Made by a program: the position numbers and the translations under genes
Shown here: one piece after another, positions 1-9,914 of the stretch
Numbering within the stretch: the first letter of the stretch is position 1
Layout: each line of letters opens with the position of its first letter
DNA from: an uncultured Planctomycetota bacterium
GTDB lineage: Bacteria > Planctomycetota > CAZGEP01
Reading direction: 5' to 3'
DNA length: 64,000 nt
NCBI GenBank assembly: GCA_964524955.1
Contig: CAZGEP010000001.1
Coordinates: 1,811 to 65,810, forward strand
Notes under the pieces: model-generated
What the model was told of the DNA's origin: nothing
The model's database searches: none
The model's input: the letters and a program-made list of their open reading frames with translations, nothing else

Positions 1-406
1 TGATTGTATCGTCTTCTCGGCGTAACCGGACGGCCTTCCCTCCTTTTTCATCGATAAAGTAAACACAGTTGTTGTCAATCACGGGGGTGCTGTAAGAGAG
101 ATGTCCGATCTTTTTAACCAAAAATTTTCCATCTTTCGGACGGAGAACCATACCTTGTGGAGTAATTAGAATGTTGAGTCCGTCGATATTCGCCGGAGCC
201 GGGGTTCCCCAGGAGGACCCGTGAGATACGTTCCAGATCTCTTCACCCGTTTCCGGGTTAAGCGCTCTGAGTTTACGGATATGCACAATCAGCTTGCCGT
301 CGGTCAGGACCGGGGAAGCGCTGTGTCTCCAGCCGGAAATGCCTGCAAATAAACCACCGGTGGCAGAAATAATGGCGATGAATAAGATCAATGCTTTGCG
401 AATCAT
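1..406 (-). CDS. PQQ-like beta-propeller repeat protein (BamB-like), N-terminal part; gene continues beyond window start
   Basis: Minus-strand reading from ATG at 406-404 gives MIRKALILFIAIISATGG... (signal/lipoprotein-like), then PQQ-type repeat motifs (TDGKLIV...LRALNPETGEEIW). The frame stays open to position 1. Confidence 0.45.
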   Translation of the reverse strand, partial: MIRKALILFIAIISATGGLFAGISGWRHSASPVLTDGKLIVHIRKLRALNPETGEEIWNVSHGSSWGTPAPANIDGLNILITPQGMVLRPKDGKFLVKKIGHLSYSTPVIDNNCVYFIDEKGGKAVRLRREDDTI

Positions 407-470
407 GACATGAGTCTCCGTTAAAAAGGTGGGCTGGTGTCCGGGACAGCAGCAAGACGGTTCACTGGCA

Positions 471-878
471 TCAATTACCCGTGCCTGTAATGCTCAATGT
501 GCAGAATTTTACACCAATAATGGATTTCAGTCGGGAGGACAGGGTTGTAATGTCGGACTTGCTTCCTTTGACTGCAATGATTTCCAGACAGTTGTCATGA
601 TCAAGGTGAACGTGCTGTGAGGATATAATCAGCTGCTGGAAGTGATGCTGAATGTCGGTGATTTTATGCAGGAGTTCCCGCTTGTGGTGGTCGTATACCA
701 GCAGAATGCCTCCCGCGCTATCGCCACCCTGTTCCCATTTCTTTTCTGCCAGTTCCCTGCGGATCAGGTCCCGAATCGCCTCGGACCGATTGGAATAGTA
801 TTTCCTGTGAATCAGATCGTCAAACTGTTTGAGCAGTTTTTTTTCGAGCGACACACCGAATCGAATCAAATCAGACAT
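471..878 (-). CDS. nikR: Nickel-responsive transcriptional regulator NikR (ribbon-helix-helix + C-terminal metal-binding domain)
   Basis: 135 aa. The N-term YSNRSEAIRDLIR motif matches the NikR/CopG RHH. The C-term HVHLDHDNCLEIIAVKG matches the NikR nickel-site His/Cys pattern (E. coli NikR HVHINHDDCLEIAVLKG). Confidence 0.85.
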   Translation of the reverse strand: MSDLIRFGVSLEKKLLKQFDDLIHRKYYSNRSEAIRDLIRRELAEKKWEQGGDSAGGILLVYDHHKRELLHKITDIQHHFQQLIISSQHVHLDHDNCLEIIAVKGSKSDITTLSSRLKSIIGVKFCTLSITGTGN

Positions 879-1210
879 TGGATGGTATCTCCGGTATCAA
901 CAGTCACAATTTTAATTGGAGTAGAGTAATAGTACTATTCCCGAAAGGTTTATCAAGTCAATTCTGGTTTCAACCTGAATTTTATTGGTTTGTCAACGCT
1001 AACCCGACTAAGTCTGTGGGTCAGATAAGCTCCTGAAGGGCCGTGCGCCTGGTCGTCATCTGCAGCGTTGCGTGTCGGCGCCATATTTTTCCATTAATAT
1101 GCTTTTTCCTCGCGCCTTGGATCTGGCCGACGAGCGCTCCGGCTGAACACCCAAATTCAGCGTTGACAGACCACTGACTGCAAAACCTGATGAGAAATGC
1201 GGGTTAAAAC

Positions 1211-1240
1211 TTGCAGTGTGGTGGGGTGTCAACTATAATA
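1211..1240 (+). promoter_or_regulatory. sigma70-like promoter for rarA (-35 TTGCAG, 18-nt spacer, -10 TATAAT at 1235-1240). The ATG at 1247 is only 6 nt downstream, so the mRNA may be leaderless
   Basis: Sequence ttgcag-N18-tataat immediately 5' of the rarA ATG. Confidence 0.35.
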
Positions 1241-1246
1241 CCTGTT

Positions 1247-2575
1247 ATGGATCTTTTTAATAACCAGTCAAGCGATGATATGCCGGCGGATTCGTATACG
1301 CCCCTGGCCGAACGAATGCGGCCCCGGGATCTGGATGAATTTGTGGGACAGCAGTATTTGGCCGGTCCGGACGGAGTTCTGCGCAGGCTGATACAGAACA
1401 GAACCGTACCGTCCATGATTCTTTGGGGGCCACCCGGATCCGGCAAGACAACGCTGGCCCGGATTATCTCCCGGCATACGTCTTCGCAATTCTTTTCCTT
1501 CAGCGCAGTGACCGGAACGATCGCTCAGGTGCGCAAGATCATTGCCCAAGCCAGAGAACTCAAGCGCGGTGGAACGGAAACCATTTTATTTGTGGATGAG
1601 ATTCATCGCTTTAACAAGGCTCAGCAGGATGCGTTCCTTCCGTATGTAGAAGGCGGAACCATCACCCTGATCGGCGCCACAACTGAAAATCCTTCGTTTG
1701 AAGTGATTTCCGCACTGCTTTCCCGCACACGGGTATTCACTCTGGATCAGCTGGGCAGAGAAGAGCTTTGGCAGGTGATTTCGGTAGCGCTGGAAAACAG
1801 CGAACGCGGGCTGGGCAGCCGCGGACTGAGCATCGAAGAGTCCGGTCTGGATTTTATTTGTCGGATTGCCAATGGCGACGGACGCACCGCACTCAACCTG
1901 GTTGAGCTTGCGTCCAATTCCGTGGAGGATCAATCCGAGATTTCGCTAAACCTGCTCAAGGAGATCGCGCAAAGCCGGTCGTTTCTTTATGACAAAGCGG
2001 GTGAACAGCATTACAACCTGATTTTCGCTTTTCACAAGAGTCTGCGGGGAAGCGATATTCAGGCTGCGCTCTACTGGATGGCGCGGATGCTTGAGGCGGG
2101 GGAAGATCCCATGTACGTTGCCAGGCGAATGGTCCGGTTCGCGAACGAGGATATCGGCATGGCAGATCCGCAGGCTGTGGTGCAGGTCGTGCATGCCAGG
2201 GAAGTGGTCCATTTCGTGGGCATGCCGGAGGCGGATCTTGCGCTTGCTCAGGCCTGTATTTATCTGGCCACCGCGCCCAAAAGCAACCGGATTTACGCGG
2301 CATACGGACGGGCGCGCCGTGCAGCGCGCGATACCGCGGATGAGCCGGTTCCCCTTCATATCCGTAACGCACCGACCCGGCTGATGAAGGATCTGGGATA
2401 CGGCAAGGGGTATGTGTACGAACACGATACAGAGGATGTCTTTTCCGGCCAGCAGTTTCTGCCTGAATCTCTGGAAGGAACGGAATTCTACACTCCCGGG
2501 TTGTTCGGATTTGAGAAGGAAGTCCGTAAACGCCTGGATTACTGGAAGAAACTTAGAAGAAATGATACCCAATAA
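1247..2575 (+). CDS. rarA: Replication-associated recombination protein A (AAA+ ATPase RarA/MgsA)
   Basis: Walker [15 protein letters not shown] and Walker [13 protein letters not shown] are present. There is collinear similarity to E. coli RarA throughout ([34 protein letters not shown]). The start is moved to the ATG at 1247 (MDLFNN...) by homology. Confidence 0.9.
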   Translation: MDLFNNQSSDDMPADSYTPLAERMRPRDLDEFVGQQYLAGPDGVLRRLIQNRTVPSMILWGPPGSGKTTLARIISRHTSSQFFSFSAVTGTIAQVRKIIAQARELKRGGTETILFVDEIHRFNKAQQDAFLPYVEGGTITLIGATTENPSFEVISALLSRTRVFTLDQLGREELWQVISVALENSERGLGSRGLSIEESGLDFICRIANGDGRTALNLVELASNSVEDQSEISLNLLKEIAQSRSFLYDKAGEQHYNLIFAFHKSLRGSDIQAALYWMARMLEAGEDPMYVARRMVRFANEDIGMADPQAVVQVVHAREVVHFVGMPEADLALAQACIYLATAPKSNRIYAAYGRARRAARDTADEPVPLHIRNAPTRLMKDLGYGKGYVYEHDTEDVFSGQQFLPESLEGTEFYTPGLFGFEKEVRKRLDYWKKLRRNDTQ

Positions 2576-3704
2576 GTCCACGATTGGATTTCTGAGCAGT
2601 TCCACCAGTCTGGGCGGCCTGGAACTGAATGCGGCCAGGCTGGCCCATTGGATGAAGGATCGGGAATGGAATGTCTTCTTCTTTGCTGTGCCGGAAACAC
2701 CGCTGTATGCTGAGTGCGAGCGGAGAGGACTGCCCATGGTTCCCATTGAGCGGAACTGGAAATACTTTGATCTGCGTCGTGCGTTTCAGCTGTACCGGAA
2801 ACTGACTGCTCTGGATATTCGTACGGTGTATTTCCGGGACAATCGGGATATTTCTCTGCTCGGACTGGCCCGGGTATTTTTCGGCAGCAGGATTAAACTG
2901 ATTTTCCAGCAGGGCATGGTCCTGGGCGTGGACAAAAAGGATATTGTTCACACGCTTCGGTTCTCACGGATTGACGCCTGGCTGACGCAGCTGGAATATC
3001 TTGCGCAGAACGTGAAGGACCGTACACGATTTGATCCCGAAAAGATACATGTTGTACCGCTGGGAATTGAGCTGGAAACGTTTACAGCGAATTCCGACCG
3101 ATCCTCGATTCGATCGAAACTGAATATACCGGTTGAATCGCCGGTACTGGGCCTGATCGGTCGTTTTGATCCCAAAAAGGGACAGCTTTTTACGGTCCGG
3201 GCCTTTGCCCGGATTCGCGAAAAGGTTTCTGACGCGCTTTTGGTCATGGTAGGCGACGTGACACAGAATGAGGGTGAGGCGTATATGGACGCGGTACGCA
3301 GGGAAATTACGGCCCATCATCTGGAGGACTCCGCGCTGATTCGACCCTTTACCCAAGACGTAGCTGAATATTACCAGTGCTTTGATGTATTCGCTCTTCC
3401 CTCTCAAAAAGAGACTGCCGGAACGGTTCTCAAGGAGGCCATGGCATGCGGTTTGCCCGTGATTGCAACAGATGCCGGAGGTCCTCCGGAAATTGTGGAT
3501 TACGGAAAAGCCGGAATGTTGTACACTCCCGGAGACACGGATGCCTTTGTTCGCGAAACCGTTCGCCTGCTGAGCGATCCGGATGAACGCAAAGTCTGGG
3601 GGCAAAAAGCCCGGGAACATGCGGTGAATACATTCTCCAAAGAACGGCAGTGTGAAATGATTGAAAAGATTATAAAGACAGTAACGAGTAACGAGTATGG
3701 ATAA
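2562..3704 (+). CDS. Glycosyltransferase family 4 (GT1-fold, group 1 glycosyl transferase)
   Basis: C-terminal GT1 motif EAMACGLPVIATDAGGPPEIV and the typical GT-B architecture. The start is placed at the ATG at 2562, just before the rarA stop; the exact start is uncertain. Confidence 0.7.
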   Translation: MIPNKSTIGFLSSSTSLGGLELNAARLAHWMKDREWNVFFFAVPETPLYAECERRGLPMVPIERNWKYFDLRRAFQLYRKLTALDIRTVYFRDNRDISLLGLARVFFGSRIKLIFQQGMVLGVDKKDIVHTLRFSRIDAWLTQLEYLAQNVKDRTRFDPEKIHVVPLGIELETFTANSDRSSIRSKLNIPVESPVLGLIGRFDPKKGQLFTVRAFARIREKVSDALLVMVGDVTQNEGEAYMDAVRREITAHHLEDSALIRPFTQDVAEYYQCFDVFALPSQKETAGTVLKEAMACGLPVIATDAGGPPEIVDYGKAGMLYTPGDTDAFVRETVRLLSDPDERKVWGQKAREHAVNTFSKERQCEMIEKIIKTVTSNEYG

Positions 3705-5121
3705 TATTCAGAAAAAGGTGATCAGCGGACTGGGTGCCGAACTACTGGCGTCCGGAGACCGTGTTCTTGTTGCACTCTCCGGCGGACCGGATTCGGTATT
3801 TCTCCTCCACACACTGATCGAATTGGAAAAGGCCCGTGCGCTCGGTTTTGAAATAACGGCTGCGCATCTCAATCACTGCCTTCGCAGGGAGGAATCGGAC
3901 AGAGACGAAGCGTTCACAAAAGACCTCTGCGCGCAGCTCGGAGTGCCTGTTGTGACAGAACGCGTGAATGTGAAAGAGATGTCCGGTCCGTCGATTGAGG
4001 AAAAGGCTCGGAATGCGCGGTATGCCTTTCTCAGACAAACCGCGCAGGCCCGCAACTGCAATAAAGTGGCTGCCGGTCACACGCAGGATGATCTTGCGGA
4101 AACCGTATTCTTTCGAATTATCCGGGGGACAGGTGTCAACGGACTGGCAGCCATAGTGCCGTCTCGACCATTGGCCCCGGATGTCAACATTCTGCTCATA
4201 CGACCGCTGCTGGAGATACCTAAAAAAGAAATCATGCAGTCCCTGGAGCACAGTAACACGGCCTATGTAACGGATTCCTCCAACACGGACAGCGGGTTTA
4301 CCCGAAATCGAATACGGAACCAACTGCTGCCTCAGCTGGAACAGGAGTTTAATCCGAATGTGACATCCGCACTTGCTGGTCTGGCGCACTCGGCCCGCGA
4401 ATGTAACGCTGACGTCAGTGCGGCGCTCATCCGGATTGCATCCGGGGTGTTGGTTGAATCCGGTATTCCGGGTGAGGTGATGAGGGACCTTCCCCCCGGG
4501 GAGTTTCAAAAACTGCTGAACACGGTGGTTGCTGATTTGAGTGGATCTGACATAACGCTCTCACGTGAAAAAGTGAAGGAAGCGCAGCGGTTGACCCTTG
4601 GGGCGGATGCTCCCAATTGTGTTCAGCTCGGTCGGTCCATTCTTCTCCGCCGGTCCGGACGAAAACTATTTGCGCAGAAATCGTTCGTTTCCGAATCAGT
4701 GGAGGCATTGAAGCCTGTCGAAATATCCCTTCCGGGGTATGCGTATATACCGGGGTTTGGAGAGGTCTGGGCGGAGAAGAGAAAACGGGATGCATTCGAT
4801 CTCTCTATGTTTCGGAAGTTCAAAGAAGAACGCGAGGCTGTTTTTGATGCGGATGGTGTTGGCGACAGGATTGTTTTCCGCACTGCACATCCGGACGAAA
4901 TGATGCATCCACTGGGTCTGAACGGGAAACGCAAGCGCGTCAGTAAAATTCTTCGTGAATCTGGAATGCCGATAATGGCTGAAAAAGGGGTTGTGTGTGT
5001 GGCCGCGGGTGATACAATTATCTGGATTCCGGGATCGACAACCGGTCATGAATTCCGTGTTCGTGATGATACCCGGTCGGTCTACGTTATTCGAATCCGA
5101 CCGGACGAGTGTTCAGGATAA
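3697..5121 (+). CDS. tilS: tRNA(Ile)-lysidine synthetase TilS
   Basis: PP-loop motif VLVALSGGPDSVFLL in the N-type ATP pyrophosphatase domain. The 474-aa length includes the TilS C-terminal domain. Confidence 0.85.
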   Translation: MDNIQKKVISGLGAELLASGDRVLVALSGGPDSVFLLHTLIELEKARALGFEITAAHLNHCLRREESDRDEAFTKDLCAQLGVPVVTERVNVKEMSGPSIEEKARNARYAFLRQTAQARNCNKVAAGHTQDDLAETVFFRIIRGTGVNGLAAIVPSRPLAPDVNILLIRPLLEIPKKEIMQSLEHSNTAYVTDSSNTDSGFTRNRIRNQLLPQLEQEFNPNVTSALAGLAHSARECNADVSAALIRIASGVLVESGIPGEVMRDLPPGEFQKLLNTVVADLSGSDITLSREKVKEAQRLTLGADAPNCVQLGRSILLRRSGRKLFAQKSFVSESVEALKPVEISLPGYAYIPGFGEVWAEKRKRDAFDLSMFRKFKEEREAVFDADGVGDRIVFRTAHPDEMMHPLGLNGKRKRVSKILRESGMPIMAEKGVVCVAAGDTIIWIPGSTTGHEFRVRDDTRSVYVIRIRPDECSG

Positions 5122-7547
5122 TGCCTATGCTCATACAGTCCGCTGCTGTGTTCAGAAAACTCCGCTTTCTTTCGCGGTCACTCTTTGTCCTGGTAGTGCT
5201 GTTCTCGTTCTTCAGTCTTTCTGTTTCTGTGTCTGGAGGCGGAAAATATATCCTGTTGTATGACTGCTCGGACAGTGTAATGCGCGGGAAATTTCAATCC
5301 GATCATCTGAAGGATTTTCTCGGTTCTCTGCGTAAATCCGCTCAAACGGATGTGTTTCTCTTTGGCGGTAATGCGGTTCACGTCCACAATCTCGCAGACC
5401 TGGACCTTGTCAGAAATACGGCGGATCCGGGCCAAACCGATATCGGGAACGCATTCAGAAAAGCCGTATCCGGCAGGGCGCAGGATTCCAAACCTGTGGT
5501 GGTTTTTTACACAGACGGGAGAGACCGCCATGAAAACACGAACCTGCTGATCCACGCGATCCGTAATACACCATGTGTGCCGGTTGTTGTGATCCCGAAA
5601 GACGCGCCCGAAAGAGACATTGCGATATGCTGCTGCAGCGTGAACGGTCCCGTGGTGCCCGGTCGGAATTTTGGTATTGATACGGATATCTACTCGTCCG
5701 TAGATACCCGCGTTACGCTTCGGGTGTTCAGCAACGGGCAGGTGATTTCCGTGCAGCGGGTGCGACTCTTCAAGGGGACAAACCGAATCACACTCGGCGC
5801 GAAACTGCCGGAAGCAGGTGTGTTTAAGGTCCGCGTGGGGTTTGATGAAAAGGATGATTTCCCTCGCAATGATACGTATATCCTTTTAGTCCGGGCCGGT
5901 GAGAACCTTCCAGTGTTGTATCTCGCCGGAAAAGAGCCTGGTAGCAGAACCGTTCTGGTCCGGAAGCGCAACGACGGCTGGATAAACGGCGTTTTCCCGT
6001 TGTCGCTGGAAAACCTGATGAAATACAGTGCGGTGGTCATCGACAACGTGTCTGCTGAACAGATGGATGTGAAATCGCTTCGCGCGCTGGAAGAATATGT
6101 TCGAAAGCAAGCAGGCAGTCTGCTGGTCACAGCTGGACCGGATAGTTTGGGACCGGGCGGATATCGGGATACAGTGCTGGAGCGGATTTTGCCTGTAGAG
6201 ATGAATCCCGGCGGAATGACGGAACTGGCTGTGCTGGTCGACACGTCCGGCAGCATGGGCAGAAAAGTAGACGGTATTCGCAAAATTGATATTCTCAAAA
6301 AATCGCTTCCGGTGATTATCAAATTTCTTCAGGCCGATGATGTCATTTCCATGGCCGGGTTCAGTTCGTCAGTAAGCCCGCTCTTTGAACAGAAGAAACG
6401 CGCGGATCTGATTACAAGCGTTGAGTTCAAGTCACTCGGACAGGGTGGGGGCACTCGACTCATACCCGGGCTTGAGTGGGCCGGCAACATTCTGGAAAAG
6501 AGTCTCAAGCCCTTTCGTCATATCATAATCTTTTCTGACGGAAATACCCGGGAACAGAATTATACGAAATTTTTTTCCCGGATGAAAGAAAAGAAGATCA
6601 GTGTTTCATTTATCGGTATCGGATCGGATGTGGACGCGGCAAAGTTTCAGCCAATACAGAATATGGGCCTGGGCACTCTTTCCCTGATTCGGGAAGCCGG
6701 CCTTATCTACCTGGACAGGGAATTGCAGAAAAAGACCCGGGACTTCTCCGGCATGTTTATCAGTCGTTCGCCTGCGGAACTGAAATTTCATTCGGCGCCG
6801 TTTATGCCGGAGGCCGTGCCCGGCATCCACCGTACAGCCGCGTTCATTCGGTGCAAGCGTAAGGAAGACGCCGCGTCAGCGATCAGTGCCGGAACGTATC
6901 CCCTGCTTTCCTGGTGGCGTTGCGGCGCAGGAAAAACCGCAGTTTTTGCTTCATCCGCTGCCAGACAGTGGTCGGACACTTTCCTGAACAGGGGACCAGG
7001 CGGTGATATTTTGCGGGCATGTCTTGACTGGCTTGCCTCAGATGCACCGGGAACGGACATGGATCTGCAGGCTGAGCAGACCGGGGGCGGAGTGCGGATT
7101 CTTGCGGAATTCTCTTCAGGCAAAACAGAGCTCAAGGCCGTAAGCGTGAACGGTCACCCCGTATCGGCTGAAAATATCCAGCGGATCGGAGTTCGGAAGT
7201 ACGAATGCCTGCTGAAAAACTGCCTTTCCGGAGCCTATCCAATAGAGCTGGTTACGCTGCAGGCAGGAAAAAAGCGATTGATCCGAACATCGGTTTCCAT
7301 ACCCTTTGCAAAGGAAATTATACACACCGGTGTAAATCCCGAATTTGTTCACGCCATGCAAAAGGAATTTTCTCCATCAGCCGTTATTTCCGAATCAGAG
7401 AAAAACGTGGACGCAATAATACCCCGTCCGCCTTCATCCATTCCTCTTCAGCCGTATCTGCTCGCAGCCGCAGCCTTGATCTTTCTTTTTGATGCATTTC
7501 TCGGCGCCGCAGCCCCCAGAAAGCCGCTGATTTCAGCGCCTGAATAA
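5109..7547 (+). CDS. Membrane-anchored protein with two von Willebrand factor A domains and a class-I glutamine-amidotransferase-like (ThuA/DJ-1-like) middle domain; BatA/BatB-like
   Basis: N-terminal TM helix. MIDAS motifs LLYDCSDSV and LAVLVDTSGSMGRK. A hydrophobic C-terminal segment LAAAALIFLFDAFLGAAAP. Total 812 aa. Confidence 0.55.
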   Translation: MFRIMPMLIQSAAVFRKLRFLSRSLFVLVVLFSFFSLSVSVSGGGKYILLYDCSDSVMRGKFQSDHLKDFLGSLRKSAQTDVFLFGGNAVHVHNLADLDLVRNTADPGQTDIGNAFRKAVSGRAQDSKPVVVFYTDGRDRHENTNLLIHAIRNTPCVPVVVIPKDAPERDIAICCCSVNGPVVPGRNFGIDTDIYSSVDTRVTLRVFSNGQVISVQRVRLFKGTNRITLGAKLPEAGVFKVRVGFDEKDDFPRNDTYILLVRAGENLPVLYLAGKEPGSRTVLVRKRNDGWINGVFPLSLENLMKYSAVVIDNVSAEQMDVKSLRALEEYVRKQAGSLLVTAGPDSLGPGGYRDTVLERILPVEMNPGGMTELAVLVDTSGSMGRKVDGIRKIDILKKSLPVIIKFLQADDVISMAGFSSSVSPLFEQKKRADLITSVEFKSLGQGGGTRLIPGLEWAGNILEKSLKPFRHIIIFSDGNTREQNYTKFFSRMKEKKISVSFIGIGSDVDAAKFQPIQNMGLGTLSLIREAGLIYLDRELQKKTRDFSGMFISRSPAELKFHSAPFMPEAVPGIHRTAAFIRCKRKEDAASAISAGTYPLLSWWRCGAGKTAVFASSAARQWSDTFLNRGPGGDILRACLDWLASDAPGTDMDLQAEQTGGGVRILAEFSSGKTELKAVSVNGHPVSAENIQRIGVRKYECLLKNCLSGAYPIELVTLQAGKKRLIRTSVSIPFAKEIIHTGVNPEFVHAMQKEFSPSAVISESEKNVDAIIPRPPSSIPLQPYLLAAAALIFLFDAFLGAAAPRKPLISAPE

Positions 7548-7711
7548 ATAGTGTAATGATATTTATAACAGCATATTATGTTGCTTTATCCTTTCGCTGA
7601 ATATTTCTTTTTGGCTGGATTTCAAAAAAATATGGAAAAAGGCGGTTTTCCGAAGTATAATATATAAGTAATTCGGGTTTTTACTGACTTTTTGCTCTTT
7701 CAGGAGATAAA

Positions 7712-8461
7712 ATGACTCTTCGAATACTCATCGTATTGCTTTTTATAGCTCCATACCTGTTTTTGACTGCTTCCCTGAATGGACAGGATACTGAGAAAAA
7801 AGCGGATACGGAAAAAAACAATCCTGTAAAATCCTCAGAAGCAAAACCTTCTGATGATACCGGAACCAAAGAGGAAACTAAATCAAAAGCAGAAAATTCT
7901 GTTACCGATAAGCCGGAAGCTAAGAAAAAAGAGGATTCTGCTATCCAAAAACTTCAGGATGATGATATTGTCAAACATATCGACAAGGCCAAGGAACTCA
8001 AAGCAACCACTTCCCTGTATACGAATCACAAATACAACTATGAACTTCGGTGTCCGTATAACTGTATTGTGCTGGCCACCGGCAAGAAAGATGAAAAAGA
8101 CGGCCGCACCATTCGAATTGTGATGAAAGAAACTGCCCTGCCTATTCCGGTTCTGGATATTCGTGTTTCACCGCTAATGCCTGAAAAGGAATTTACCAAA
8201 ATGGTCAAAGAGCTTCGGGCCTATGAAGAATACCTTCAGAGTTCAGAGGACGTAGAAATCGATGGAAAGAAAGGCCGCAAAGTAACCATCAAATGGCGCA
8301 GTACTGGAAAGCTCGCCATGGCCATGGTATGGTCCGAAGGTGTGTACTTCTGCTATACTGCGAATTATTACATGCCCCACGAAGTCTGGTATGGAATTAT
8401 CCGTTCTTTTCACAAACTGGATTCCAAGAAAGCTCTAGAACCAGCCCCTGGGAAAAAATAA
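7712..8461 (+). CDS. Hypothetical secreted protein with Lys/Glu-rich low-complexity N-terminal region
   Basis: Signal-peptide-like MTLRILIVLLFIAPYLFLTASLNG. RBS ggagat at 7700-7705. No recognisable domain. Confidence 0.5.
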   Translation: MTLRILIVLLFIAPYLFLTASLNGQDTEKKADTEKNNPVKSSEAKPSDDTGTKEETKSKAENSVTDKPEAKKKEDSAIQKLQDDDIVKHIDKAKELKATTSLYTNHKYNYELRCPYNCIVLATGKKDEKDGRTIRIVMKETALPIPVLDIRVSPLMPEKEFTKMVKELRAYEEYLQSSEDVEIDGKKGRKVTIKWRSTGKLAMAMVWSEGVYFCYTANYYMPHEVWYGIIRSFHKLDSKKALEPAPGKK

Positions 8462-8474
8462 TCGGTTTATTACT

Positions 8475-9902
8475 ATGAATATCATTTATTTTAACCCGGA
8501 TCAGTTGAGGGCCGATTTTCTTGGCTGTTACGGGCACCCCGTTGTACAGACCCCAAACATGGACCGGCTGGCTGAACAAGGCGTACGTTTTGACCAGTGC
8601 CATGTGCAGAACCCGGTATGCACCCCATCACGATGCAGCTTCATGACCGGCTGGCACCCGCACGTACGGGGCCATCGAAGCCTGTGGCACACACTTAAAA
8701 ACGATGAACCCAACACCCTTCGGTATTTGAAAGACAACGGCTATGACGTCCACTGGATCGGCAAGAACGACCTGTTGACTGCGGAGGCCATACAGGGTTC
8801 TGTTACACGGGTTCACAGTACGCGGGGTGGTGCCGGAGGCGTTGGCCGCGATATTTTTGACAAAGACGATCCCGGATACTGGAGCTTTCTCTATGGACCG
8901 AAAAAAGGACATGCGTCCGACTGGCACCGGGTAGAAGAAGGCGTGCGATTTCTCCAGTCCCGGAAAAAAGAAGATTCGCCGTTCATGCTCTTTCTGGCTT
9001 TGGGAAACCCCCATGTGCCCTTTACCTGTCCGCAGCCCTGGTACGACATGTACTCGCCTGATGACTTTGAGCCTGTGCGTCCGGCAGAACTTGAAAATAT
9101 GCCTGACTTTCACCGGTTGATCCGTCAGTACAGAAAACTTGAACAGCTGGACGAAAAGCACGTAAGAAAACTACGGGCCGTTTATGCAGGAATGGTATCC
9201 TATGTGGATGAAACGCTTGGACGAATTCTTCAGACATTAAAGGAAACCGGCCAGGAAGAAAACACCGCCCTGTTCTTTTTCTCCGATCATGGCGAGTGGG
9301 CAGGGGATTATGGCCTGGTGGAGAAATGGCCCAATGCCATGGACGACTGCATGACGCGCGTACCCATGATTGTCAAGGCCCCGGGAGCTGTACAGGGCCA
9401 CGTTGTCCGGGAACCCATGGAATGTTTTGACATCATGCCCACCACTCTGGAAATGGCAGGAGTGGAATGCGCTCACGATCACGTTGCCCGCAGCATGCGT
9501 CCGCAGCTTGAAGGTGCTGCCGGTGATCCGGACCGGGCCGTATACTGCGAAGGCGGATACGACGTGCAGGAACGCCAGTGTATGGAAATGGAGCCTGGCC
9601 AGCCGCACGACGTGCCGAATGACGGCGACCACATCTACTATCCCAAGGGGTTGCAGCAGCAGGAACACCCGGAGTCCGTCTGCCGGACCACCATGATCCG
9701 TACACAGGATCACAAGCTCATCTTCCGTCCGGGCGGACAGTCCGAACTCTACGAATACGCCTCCGATCCAAATGAGACAGCCAATCTGTACGACACCCCC
9801 GAATATCAGACCCTCCGGCACCAGCTGGAACAGCGCCTGCTCACCTGGTACGTAAGTACCAGCGACGTTGTTCCCCGCCAGCGATGCGACCGGGGATATT
9901 AA
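8475..9902 (+). CDS. Sulfatase (Cys-type formylglycine-dependent arylsulfatase family), no signal peptide
   Basis: Sulfatase signature C-T-P-S-R (VCTPSRCSFMTGWHPHVRG). N-term MNIIYFNPDQLRADFLGCYGHP is typical of the sulfatase N-terminal metal site. No hydrophobic leader. Confidence 0.85.
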   Translation: MNIIYFNPDQLRADFLGCYGHPVVQTPNMDRLAEQGVRFDQCHVQNPVCTPSRCSFMTGWHPHVRGHRSLWHTLKNDEPNTLRYLKDNGYDVHWIGKNDLLTAEAIQGSVTRVHSTRGGAGGVGRDIFDKDDPGYWSFLYGPKKGHASDWHRVEEGVRFLQSRKKEDSPFMLFLALGNPHVPFTCPQPWYDMYSPDDFEPVRPAELENMPDFHRLIRQYRKLEQLDEKHVRKLRAVYAGMVSYVDETLGRILQTLKETGQEENTALFFFSDHGEWAGDYGLVEKWPNAMDDCMTRVPMIVKAPGAVQGHVVREPMECFDIMPTTLEMAGVECAHDHVARSMRPQLEGAAGDPDRAVYCEGGYDVQERQCMEMEPGQPHDVPNDGDHIYYPKGLQQQEHPESVCRTTMIRTQDHKLIFRPGGQSELYEYASDPNETANLYDTPEYQTLRHQLEQRLLTWYVSTSDVVPRQRCDRGY

Positions 9903-9914
9903 AAGGAGAAACTC

